DNA of 64,000 nucleotides, taken from Marispirochaeta sp. GTDB lineage: Bacteria > Spirochaetota > Spirochaetia > JC444 > Marispirochaetaceae. Shown piece after piece: positions 49,208 through 57,665 of this stretch (positions within the stretch are counted from its first letter, which is position 1; each line of letters opens with the position of its first letter). Position numbers and translations under genes: made by a program. The notes beneath the pieces were generated by a model that made no database searches, was not told the DNA's origin, and saw only the letters and a list, made by a program, of their open reading frames with translations. The stretch lies in contig CAXXFF010000004.1 of the NCBI GenBank assembly GCA_963676835.2, positions 224,001-288,000 of the forward strand, given 5' to 3'.

Positions 49208-49775
49208 CCCCTCGCCCTCTGGGAGAGGGGATGGGGGTGAGGGGCGGATTAAACTGGTTAGCCAGGTAAAATCCAGATTCACCCAATAACTGATACCCGG
49301 AATTACATCTCATACACATTACAACCGGAAATCTGATTCCCTGCTTCAGGAAATACAAACAATAATGTTGTTGTGGCTTACTCCGGGAGATAAGCTTGCA
49401 CCCACATCGCGAAAGAGATAGCACCATGCAAACCCTCACCCCCAAACCCCCTCTCCCAAAAGGCGAGGGGGCCTCTCGCGTCATCCCCCATCCCCTCTCC
49501 TCCCGGGAGAGGGGATGGGGGTGAGGGTCGGATTAAACTGGTTAGCCAGGTAAAATCCATATTCAACCAATAACTGGTTTCCGGAATTACATCTCATACA
49601 CATTACAACCGGAAATCTGATTCCCTGCTTCAGGAAATACAAACAATAATGTTGTTGTGGCTTACTCCGGGAGATAAGCTTGCACCCACATCGCGAAAGA
49701 GCTATCACCATGCAAACCCTCACCCCCAAACCCCCTCTCCCAAAAGGCGAGGGGGCCTCTCGCGTCATCCCCCCA
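49208..49775. repeat. 284-bp direct tandem duplication; each unit bounded by inverted REP-like hairpins
   Basis: GGGAGAGGGG at 49221 and 49505, GCCTCTCGCG at 49471 and 49755 (period 284); about 8 substitutions by my count. Confidence 0.93.
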
Positions 49776-49844
49776 CCTCACCTTGCCTGCCTCCCCTGCC
49801 AATCAGCATTGCACAGCAGGAAATATAGTAGTAACCTGATATTG

Positions 49845-50519
49845 ATGAGCAGCGAAAAGAAAGAGTCGCCCCGGAGCCTCAGTGAAAAAGCAATGGTCAT
49901 GATCCGGGAACGGATATTTGCCCTGGAATTCTCCCCGGGTGAACGCCTTGTAGTGGATAAACTGGCTGAAGATATTGATGTAAGCCGCACCCCCATACGG
50001 GAGGGACTCAGACTGCTGGTTCATCAGGGGCTGGTAACCTATGACGGCAAAGGCTATTCGATTTTTCATCCCACCGCCAGGGACGTGGAAGAGATAATTG
50101 TACTGCGTCAGTCCATGGAATCCCTTGCCGCCAGACTTGCGGCAGAACACATGGAGGAAGCTGAAATCAAACGCCTCCTGGAAATATGGTCAGGCTATAA
50201 CGCCGACCCTTCAAGTAAAGCCCAGGGTGAAGTAGATATGGAATTCCATGAGGCAATTCTGAAAAGTGCAGACAATCACCGTCTCGAACGGGTTGTAGGT
50301 GAAATGCGGGGACAATTCCGTCTGATTCGCAACTGGATGGCAGACAATCTCGCCGACGGACCGGTCAACCGGGAAACCGTTGGTGAACATCTGAAGGTGC
50401 TTAACTGCATTGCCGCCAGAGACAGCGAAGGGGCTGCTCAGGCGATGCATGAACATATAGAGAACAGCCGCAAAAGGACTATTCACAACCTGTTTGACAG
50501 GAATCTTATTTTCCGCTGA
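49845..50519 (+). CDS. GntR family transcriptional regulator
   Basis: PGERLVVDKLAEDIDVSRTPIREGL, FCD domain; ATG 49845 follows TTGCAC-17-TAACCT. Confidence 0.92.
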   Translation: MSSEKKESPRSLSEKAMVMIRERIFALEFSPGERLVVDKLAEDIDVSRTPIREGLRLLVHQGLVTYDGKGYSIFHPTARDVEEIIVLRQSMESLAARLAAEHMEEAEIKRLLEIWSGYNADPSSKAQGEVDMEFHEAILKSADNHRLERVVGEMRGQFRLIRNWMADNLADGPVNRETVGEHLKVLNCIAARDSEGAAQAMHEHIENSRKRTIHNLFDRNLIFR

Positions 50520-51570
50520 ATTCCCGGGAAGCCTGTACCATGGCCTGTATGTTTTCAACAGAAGTGCCTGGAACAACCTCACAACCGGACCCCAGAATAA
50601 ATCCGCCATTACGGGCATGCCCTCTTTCCATACATTCAAGTGAAGCTGCGTAAACTGCTTCCCAATCTCCCTGAAAAAGAACTGATGTTGGTTCAAGATT
50701 TCCCATAAGAGCGGCCTTACCCCCGATAAGTGCTCTTGCTTCATCCATGGGAACCTTCGCATCTATTTCCAGAACATCCGCTCCGGTTTCTGCCATCAGC
50801 GGCAGGATAGCACGGGTGTCACCACAGATATGCAGGATGGTAATCGCACCATGTTTTTCCACCTCAGACTGTAACTCCCTGAACACCTTTACTTCAAAAG
50901 GATAGACATATTTTTTGTAGATTCCGGGAGAAATCATACTTAAAGAGGCAAGGGAATCACCCACCATTGCCGTATCAGATCCGGCATCAAGAGCAGCTTT
51001 CAGAAAAGCTATCAATCCATCGCTGGCTATGTCCATGAGTGTTAGGATATTACCCTCTGCGTCCTTATCCTCATCGGCTTCACAGAGCCCGATCCGGGTG
51101 AGAAACTCGCTGGTTCCACCCATAAGATAACTTGCCAGAGAGAACGGACCGGTTCCGGGACCGCGCAGAGCAACTTCACCCTTAAAGTGATCTTTCAGAA
51201 GACTTAATGCCTCAAGATAGACCGGCATCCGTCCATCCTTATAGGGATCCGGAACTTGAAGTTTCTCGATCTCGTCCAGGGAGAAAACAGCAGGTTTCAC
51301 CAGGTTGGGAGTAAGATTATAGGGCTGATTGATTTCACATCCGAAACCTTCTGCAATGTAATAGCCATCGGACTGGGCAACCACCACATCCTGACCGACC
51401 ATGTTCCATGCTGCGATCTGAGCTTCGGCCATACGACGACCGCTGGTATTGTATTCAGAAATGGGAACTCCGGCGCAGGCTGCACCGAAGTTACCGTTAT
51501 AGGGAGCTGCAGGGATCAGATCTGGAATTCCGCCCCGGGCGGCTGTTATAAATCGCTGGCGGGAATTCAT
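50506..51570 (-). CDS. URO-D/MtaA-CmuA family (Zn-dependent methyltransferase-like) protein
   Basis: PDPYKDGRMP, GPFSLA, ILHICG, MGNLEP, GSGCEV (HxC...C zinc site). Confidence 0.87.
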   Translation of the reverse strand: MNSRQRFITAARGGIPDLIPAAPYNGNFGAACAGVPISEYNTSGRRMAEAQIAAWNMVGQDVVVAQSDGYYIAEGFGCEINQPYNLTPNLVKPAVFSLDEIEKLQVPDPYKDGRMPVYLEALSLLKDHFKGEVALRGPGTGPFSLASYLMGGTSEFLTRIGLCEADEDKDAEGNILTLMDIASDGLIAFLKAALDAGSDTAMVGDSLASLSMISPGIYKKYVYPFEVKVFRELQSEVEKHGAITILHICGDTRAILPLMAETGADVLEIDAKVPMDEARALIGGKAALMGNLEPTSVLFQGDWEAVYAASLECMERGHARNGGFILGSGCEVVPGTSVENIQAMVQASREFSGK

Positions 51571-51574
51571 GGGA

Positions 51575-52636
51575 TCAACTGCTGAGTAATTCAGTTAGCC
51601 TGGGACTCAACTCAATAGCTTCTTCCCTGGTCGGGGTAGATGTCTGAATAAACACTCCCTTCCGGCCGAAATAATCGACAACTTTACGGGTGTACTCAAG
51701 CAAATCAGCCTGAGAGTCAGTTCCATGATCCCAGTAGAAATGGCGTAGGCACAAGGGAATCTTCCCGCCAGCGGCATCACGGATAACCTCCCAGTTTGGG
51801 TTCTGGGGAATGGTAAAATCCAGACCGCGGACATCTTCTATTTCGGTCATTGCTTCAACCACGTTCTGTACATCCCCGCAGGAATGGACAACGATGCCAC
51901 CGAAGGCCCGGGAGATCATACCGTTGTATTTTACCCCGAACTCCCTGTAGAGGTTTGGCGACATAAGAGCCGCAGTGTCGTCACTGATGCGAATACCGAT
52001 ATCCGAAGGGATATACCACATTTCGTGGCCCATGGTGTACAGATTTTTTATCCTCCGGATCTGTTCCTTTATAAACCCGATGGTAGCTTCAGTTATTTTC
52101 TCCATTAACAGATGCACTTCTTCCGGATAAAGCATTGTAGCGGTAATAAAAGAGGTGTATTCCCATATCAGCGATGCAGTAACCAGAGGCGATGGAACAT
52201 TTACAAGACGCAGGGGAAGATCACTGTTTGCCTGCATAAACTCAATACGCTCATATGCCCGCTTGTAGATGGGAGTTGTAAGTACATCCGGAACTTCAAG
52301 TTTGTGTATCTCATCCCGGTTATCCTCTGTAAATCGCGGGGCAATCCAGGGGTCCGCTTCTTCATTGGGAGTACCCTGGCACTTAAAGGCTTCAGCGATT
52401 ACCCCGATACCGAGATTCGGTTTAATATTGGGCAGCGCAAAATCATAAAATGTACCACGCTGTTTGTGATAATCAATATTCCAGTCCAGTTCCTTGCGGT
52501 CATCGGCCAGATACTCCTTGAAAGCCGCATGGAAAGGACCCAGCTCAATCATAAAGGGAACATGTCCAGTATCCTTCATCTGCCAGGTATCGTGAAGTAT
52601 GGAACGGATATCGTTTTCGGACAAGTTTACACTCAT
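51575..52636 (-). CDS. Divergent URO-D family protein
   Basis: SPLVTA, YPEEVHLLME, ISDD...MSPNLYREF, VHSCG. Confidence 0.75.
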   Translation of the reverse strand: MSVNLSENDIRSILHDTWQMKDTGHVPFMIELGPFHAAFKEYLADDRKELDWNIDYHKQRGTFYDFALPNIKPNLGIGVIAEAFKCQGTPNEEADPWIAPRFTEDNRDEIHKLEVPDVLTTPIYKRAYERIEFMQANSDLPLRLVNVPSPLVTASLIWEYTSFITATMLYPEEVHLLMEKITEATIGFIKEQIRRIKNLYTMGHEMWYIPSDIGIRISDDTAALMSPNLYREFGVKYNGMISRAFGGIVVHSCGDVQNVVEAMTEIEDVRGLDFTIPQNPNWEVIRDAAGGKIPLCLRHFYWDHGTDSQADLLEYTRKVVDYFGRKGVFIQTSTPTREEAIELSPRLTELLSS

Positions 52637-52655
52637 ATAGCCTCCTGCTTTTACG

Positions 52656-53942
52656 TCAGCCCATTCCCATAATCATATTGGGTAGGCCTGTTACCAGCCC
52701 GGGAAACAGCACAATCAGAATGAGCACCAGAAACAGAGGAATAAGAAAAGGCAGCGTGGCTTTTACAACCTGTTCAAACTTCAACCCCGACACCTGTGCC
52801 ATAACAAACAGCACTATTCCAAATGGTGGTGTCAACAGCCCTATCATCAGGTTGAGTACCATAACTACACCAAAATGAACCGGGTCAATTCCCAATTTCT
52901 GTATAACCGGAAGAAGAATAGGCCCGAGGATGAGAATAGCAACAGTAGAGTCGAGGAAGCAGCCGATTATCAAAAGAAAAATATTAATTACCAGTAAAAT
53001 TATCAAAGGGTTTTCACTGATAGAGACAAGCCATTCTGCCATTCTAATGGTCATTCCGGAGCGCATAAGAACCCAACCGTACAGGGTTGATGCCGCAACA
53101 ACAAAGCCAATCAGCGCAGTCTCTCTGGCGGTTTCATAAAAGGCGGTTACCAGATCCTTCCATGATAGTTCACGCAGAACGATAACTCCTATTATCAATG
53201 CATAGCATACCGCAACTGCTGCAGCTTCGGTGGGAGTAAAAAAACCAAGCCAGATTCCACCCAAAAGAATTACAGGGGTAAACAGCGGTAAAAGAGCATC
53301 GGTGAAACTCTTCAGAGCGATTTTCCAGGTGGGAAAGGGCTGCCGGGGATACTTATGCTTTTTCGAATACCCGGCTACCATTAACATAAGAATTGCCGTC
53401 ATCATGACCCCAGGCACAACTCCACCAAGAAACAAGCGGCCTACTGATACTCCGCTGACAAATGAGAATACAACCATCGGCAGGCTTGGCGGAAAAATCG
53501 GCCCGATGGTTGAGCTTGCAGATGTTACAGCAACGGCAAAACTTTTCGGATACCCCCCCTTCTCCATGGCATCAAGTTCAATCTGGCCAAGTCCGGCAGC
53601 ATCCACAACTGCAGCTCCAGACATTCCTGCGAATATCAGACTGGCAACAACATTGGCATGAGCAAGTCCTCCGGGGAGAAAACCTACCAGAGTATCAGCA
53701 AATCCAAAGATTTTGTGGGTTATGCCGGCAGTGTTCATAAGCTTAGCAGCAAGAATAAAGAGCGGTATTGCCAAAAGGATAAAGTTCTGCAAACCAAACT
53801 GCATTTTCTGGGCAATAATTGTAGCCTGGAAAATCATACCTCCACTTATAATGGCACCAATGGAGGAGAGCCCAAGGGCCAGCGCAACGGGCATTCCCAT
53901 CAAAAGAAAAACAACCAGGCCAAGAGTTAGAAAGAGAATCAT
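52656..53942 (-). CDS. dctM: TRAP large permease DctM
   Basis: FAGMSGAAVVDAAGLG, GPIFPPSLP, TPTEAA, GLLTPPFG. Confidence 0.95.
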   Translation of the reverse strand: MILFLTLGLVVFLLMGMPVALALGLSSIGAIISGGMIFQATIIAQKMQFGLQNFILLAIPLFILAAKLMNTAGITHKIFGFADTLVGFLPGGLAHANVVASLIFAGMSGAAVVDAAGLGQIELDAMEKGGYPKSFAVAVTSASSTIGPIFPPSLPMVVFSFVSGVSVGRLFLGGVVPGVMMTAILMLMVAGYSKKHKYPRQPFPTWKIALKSFTDALLPLFTPVILLGGIWLGFFTPTEAAAVAVCYALIIGVIVLRELSWKDLVTAFYETARETALIGFVVAASTLYGWVLMRSGMTIRMAEWLVSISENPLIILLVINIFLLIIGCFLDSTVAILILGPILLPVIQKLGIDPVHFGVVMVLNLMIGLLTPPFGIVLFVMAQVSGLKFEQVVKATLPFLIPLFLVLILIVLFPGLVTGLPNMIMGMG

Positions 53943-54424
53943 CCCTGACCTCCTTCAACTATATTATCTGGAGACTGTTTGTTAAACAGATCCCTGAAAA
54001 GATTCAATATTAAATACCAGGTCATTATGCAGCCGCTTGCAAAAACAACCGCATACATATACCCGATCTTCATCCACTTAACCGTTGAAAGCGCTACATC
54101 CCAGTTTTTGGTAATATTCCGCCATGCACCGATAATCAGGTAATACATAAAAGGAAGTACAATCAGACGTACAAGGATACGGAATACTTTCTGCATTCTT
54201 GTACTCAGACGATCCGGTAAAGCGGTAATGCTGATGTGGGATTCACTTTGCATCAAGCCTGCAGATCCGATAAAAACAAGAAAAATGAAAGAGTACTGGG
54301 CCAGGTCCTCTGACCAGGAAGCGGGGATCTTCAGTACAACCCGGAAGACTACGGTTAAAACCGTAATAACAAACATACAAAGCAGTATGGCAGCGTTCAC
54401 ACCTTCGATTATTTTCCTCACCAC
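53939..54424 (-). CDS. dctQ: TRAP small permease DctQ
   Basis: VVFRVV...WSEDLA, HISI; GTG start about 54424 after GAAGGA. Confidence 0.88.
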   Translation of the reverse strand: MVRKIIEGVNAAILLCMFVITVLTVVFRVVLKIPASWSEDLAQYSFIFLVFIGSAGLMQSESHISITALPDRLSTRMQKVFRILVRLIVLPFMYYLIIGAWRNITKNWDVALSTVKWMKIGYMYAVVFASGCIMTWYLILNLFRDLFNKQSPDNIVEGGQG

Positions 54425-54523
54425 AAGTCCTTCCCATGCTAAAAGATAGATAATAAAAACAGAGACAGTCACAATAGAGAAAGGGCGCCCTATTGAAGGG
54501 CGCCCTGAAGATTCAGAAAACTA

Positions 54524-55522
54524 TTACTTGAGAGCAGCTTTAACCTTTGCATAAAATGCTGGATCCCACTCTTTGGCGGCGATTTCATCTATTACAGGCT
54601 GTACAGCAGCTTTAAAAGCGTCTTTGTCGACAACAATCAGTTCCATACCAAGTTTCTTCAGTTCCTCTACAAACTTCGCATCACCGTCTTTGGTAATACT
54701 GTTTGCATAGGCTATACCTTCTTCCATAGCCTTGGTTAAAAGATCCTGATCAGCTGCACTGAGGGTGTCCCACCATGCTTTTGAAGAAAGAACCCGGGCA
54801 GCGGAATAGATGTGCTCGGTCTGGATCATGTATTTCTGGGCTTCAAAGAACTTGTAGTTCAGGATAGTCTCGGGAGGATTCTCCTGTGCTTCAACAACAC
54901 CGGTCTTAAGAGCCATATAGACTTCGCCGAAAGCGATGTTTGAAGGAAGGGCGCCAAGAGATTCCCACACCTTGAACCATGCATCAACAGGGGGAAGACG
55001 CATCTTGAGGCCTTTTACATCTGCAACGTTGCGTACAGGCCGATTGGCTGTCAGATAGCGCGCGCCACGATAGATAACACCATCGGTGCGAACACCGCGC
55101 TGATCTTCGATCATCTGAGACAGTTCTTTTCCGGGACCGTTCCAGAATGCCCAGAAATCATCCTGACTTGCAAAGACATAGGGAACTTCAGAGATGTAGT
55201 ATTTCGGAAAATAGGTTGAGATATCATTGGTTCCAAGAACACCGTATTCAACAGATCCATCGGAAAGCATTTCGAAGGTCTGCTTTTCATCTCCCATGGC
55301 ATTGGACGGATGAATAAGAACTTCGATTCTTCCGTTGGAGCGGGATTCCGCAAGTTCCTTGAACTTATTCAGTCCCTTGTCCTGGGGGGAATCCGGTGGA
55401 AAGGTAGATGCGATATTAGCTACAACCTTCTGGGGAGCGCCGTCACTGCTCTCTTTTGCACCCTCCGCAAATGCGGGAAGAAGCAACGACAGACAGATAA
55501 GCAACATGACAATTTTTTTCAT
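54524..55522 (-). CDS. dctP: TRAP substrate-binding protein DctP
   Basis: Signal peptide, GARYLT, KGLKMRLP, FGEVYMALKTGVVEAQENP. Confidence 0.95.
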   Translation of the reverse strand: MKKIVMLLICLSLLLPAFAEGAKESSDGAPQKVVANIASTFPPDSPQDKGLNKFKELAESRSNGRIEVLIHPSNAMGDEKQTFEMLSDGSVEYGVLGTNDISTYFPKYYISEVPYVFASQDDFWAFWNGPGKELSQMIEDQRGVRTDGVIYRGARYLTANRPVRNVADVKGLKMRLPPVDAWFKVWESLGALPSNIAFGEVYMALKTGVVEAQENPPETILNYKFFEAQKYMIQTEHIYSAARVLSSKAWWDTLSAADQDLLTKAMEEGIAYANSITKDGDAKFVEELKKLGMELIVVDKDAFKAAVQPVIDEIAAKEWDPAFYAKVKAALK

Positions 55523-55638
55523 AAGTCCTCCTTTTTCTACGAATGCCGAATATAATATTTCGCTTTGGAATAATCTCCGAAGCGTATCAGCCAGGCAAGG
55601 AGGTATCTGATGTCAACAGCAACGATGCAAATCTCTTG

Positions 55639-55654
55639 ATACCGTATACGGTAT
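55639..55654. promoter_or_regulatory. Perfect 16-bp palindrome ATACCGTATACGGTAT, probable GntR operator
   Basis: Lies between divergent dctP and gntR; GTATAC core. Confidence 0.7.
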
Positions 55655-55720
55655 ATGCTATTCTGCTTACATTCAGCTGTCAAGATTTTTTCTGCCGGGA
55701 ACAGTCGGAAAACAAATTAT

Positions 55721-56416
55721 ATGTCTGAAAGAAAAATCATCCGTCACAGCCTGAGCGAACAGGCCGAGATACTCATCAGGGAAAAAATCCTCTCCCTTGA
55801 ATATGAACCGGGAGAACGCCTAGTTGTCGATAAGCTTGCTGATGATCTTGAAGTCAGCCGTACTCCTGTTCGGGAGGCTCTGAGAAACCTGGCCCAGCAA
55901 GGCCTGGTCAACTACGATGGCAAAATATACTCACTCTTTTTTCCAATATCAGGCGATATAGAAGAAATCTTCACTATAAGAAAAGCCCTGGAACCGGTGG
56001 CAGCAGAACTCGCGGTCAACCGGATCGCACCCGAAGCGATAGATGAACTACGCCTACTTTTAGATCAGCATACTTCAAGGGAAGATGATATATCCCTGAC
56101 AGAAGTAGATGTACACTTTCATGATGTGATTGTAGAGAGTGCAGGGAATCAACGGATGAAACAGATCCTCGCAAATATGCGTTATCAGTTCAGACTGATC
56201 AGAGGATGGGTTGCAAAACGTAACAGACTTGAGATTTCCGGAAAGGCGAATGTGCTTGAAATAGATACCATCAACGAACACCGAAAAATCTTTGACAGCT
56301 TAATTGCACATGACCCGGAAAGCGCAGCCGCTGCAATGGCTGAACATCTTGCAAAAGGCCGGAGACGAGTCCTTCATAATCTTTTTGAAACAGATTCTTT
56401 AAAAGGACAGTTGTAA
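55721..56416 (+). CDS. GntR family transcriptional regulator (paralogue of 49845..50519)
   Basis: PGERLVVDKLADDLEVSRTPVREAL, FCD domain. Confidence 0.92.
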   Translation: MSERKIIRHSLSEQAEILIREKILSLEYEPGERLVVDKLADDLEVSRTPVREALRNLAQQGLVNYDGKIYSLFFPISGDIEEIFTIRKALEPVAAELAVNRIAPEAIDELRLLLDQHTSREDDISLTEVDVHFHDVIVESAGNQRMKQILANMRYQFRLIRGWVAKRNRLEISGKANVLEIDTINEHRKIFDSLIAHDPESAAAAMAEHLAKGRRRVLHNLFETDSLKGQL

Positions 56417-56432
56417 AGCCAGGAGCTTCCCC

Positions 56433-57620
56433 CTACTCCGGAATCGGCTCCAGTGCCCGTGGAAACAGTCCGTTTGCCCAGGCCAGAAACAACCCGTAAT
56501 TCAGAATAGGAACCCCCGCTTCACGGATTTCATCAAGCCTGGCCATAACCTTTCCCCGGGTAAGCATACAGCTGGCACACATTATTACCAGATCATAGCT
56601 TTTAAGCTCCTCTGTTTCCGGCATTTGCTTTGCAAAGGTAAAATCACCGTCCCGGCGCACCATCTGCCGAAACAGCCGGGGGATTTTCACCGTGCCGATA
56701 TCATCCGCCTGCCGGTGATGGCTGCAGCTTTCCAGCATGAGGATACGCGGCTCCGGTTTCATAGTCTCCAGTGCCTTCAATCCGTCTACATAACGATCCA
56801 GATCGCCTTTTTTACGGGCAAAGAGAATGCTGAAGCTGGTAAGGGGCTGGTCTTCAGGTATATCCGCCGCAACCTTACTGAAGGCCTGACTGTCGGTTAT
56901 TACCAGCTTCGGCGGAGTTTTAAGAGTGTTGTAAAACTGATAGAGCTCCCGTTCCTTCACAACCAGGGCGGCACAGTCCCGGTCCAGGGCATCCCGCAGG
57001 GTCTCCACCTGAGGTAAAATCAGCCGGCCTTTAGGTGCTGCAAGGTCAATGGGGGTGACCAGAACAATAAGGTCTCCTTCCCGGACAAGACCTTCCAGCG
57101 GGGTGGGTTCCGGTTCCGGCCGGGCAGCGGAGATTGCACTGATAAGCTCGGGGATGCCCTTCCCTGCCGGGCTGTCCACCTGAAGACCTCCGGTCTGTTT
57201 CAGCCAGGAGGACTTATCGGCATGGAGAGCCTCTTCTCCGTGGGTTGCAACAAAAAGAGCTGGAACCTTGTTTCCGTTGTTAAAGAGCTTTTCAAAGAGT
57301 GACTTCTCCGCGTCAACCGCCGGACGGTGGCCGGGGCTGACCATAATCACCATATCGGCTGACTTTGCCCGTTCCAGGGCGGCCTTTATGCGCTGATCAC
57401 CCAGCTCCCCCACATCATCAATGCCGGCGGTGTCCACAATAGCCGCCGGTCCCAGCCGGGGGATCTCAAAACTCCGGGTGACCGGGTCGGTGGTCGTCCC
57501 CGGGGTATCGGAAACTATGGCAATATCCTTGCCGAAAAGTGCATTCATAAGACTGCTTTTTCCGGCATTGCGGATTCCGGTCAGGACTATGCGGGGCTGT
57601 TCCGCGAGGGGTGTTTTCAT
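56433..57620 (-). CDS. hydF: [FeFe]-hydrogenase maturation GTPase HydF
   Basis: GIRNAGKSS, PGTTTDPV, DTAGIDD, APKGRLILPQV, TDSQAF, TSFSILFAR, CSHH. Confidence 0.95.
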   Translation of the reverse strand: MKTPLAEQPRIVLTGIRNAGKSSLMNALFGKDIAIVSDTPGTTTDPVTRSFEIPRLGPAAIVDTAGIDDVGELGDQRIKAALERAKSADMVIMVSPGHRPAVDAEKSLFEKLFNNGNKVPALFVATHGEEALHADKSSWLKQTGGLQVDSPAGKGIPELISAISAARPEPEPTPLEGLVREGDLIVLVTPIDLAAPKGRLILPQVETLRDALDRDCAALVVKERELYQFYNTLKTPPKLVITDSQAFSKVAADIPEDQPLTSFSILFARKKGDLDRYVDGLKALETMKPEPRILMLESCSHHRQADDIGTVKIPRLFRQMVRRDGDFTFAKQMPETEELKSYDLVIMCASCMLTRGKVMARLDEIREAGVPILNYGLFLAWANGLFPRALEPIPE

Positions 57621-57665
57621 CTGATCAACCTCATTTTCAAGTCTTCTGGATCAAGTTCACGCTGA

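Noticed and set aside
49191..49768. Duplicated 95-97 aa ORFs (MTREAPSPFGRGGLG...), plus 48535..48861 and 49378..49566
   Set aside because: Pro/Gly-rich translations of the REP hairpins with no RBS or recognisable domain; treated as non-coding, though not disproved.
48574..49775. CRISPR array interpretation of the repeats beside a small nuclease
   Set aside because: Repeats are degenerate, in both orientations and irregularly spaced, and the 'spacers' are themselves repeated; no cas genes.
50506..52636. hemE (heme biosynthesis) assignment
   Set aside because: No RQAGR motif, HxC zinc-type motifs present, and no tetrapyrrole genes nearby.
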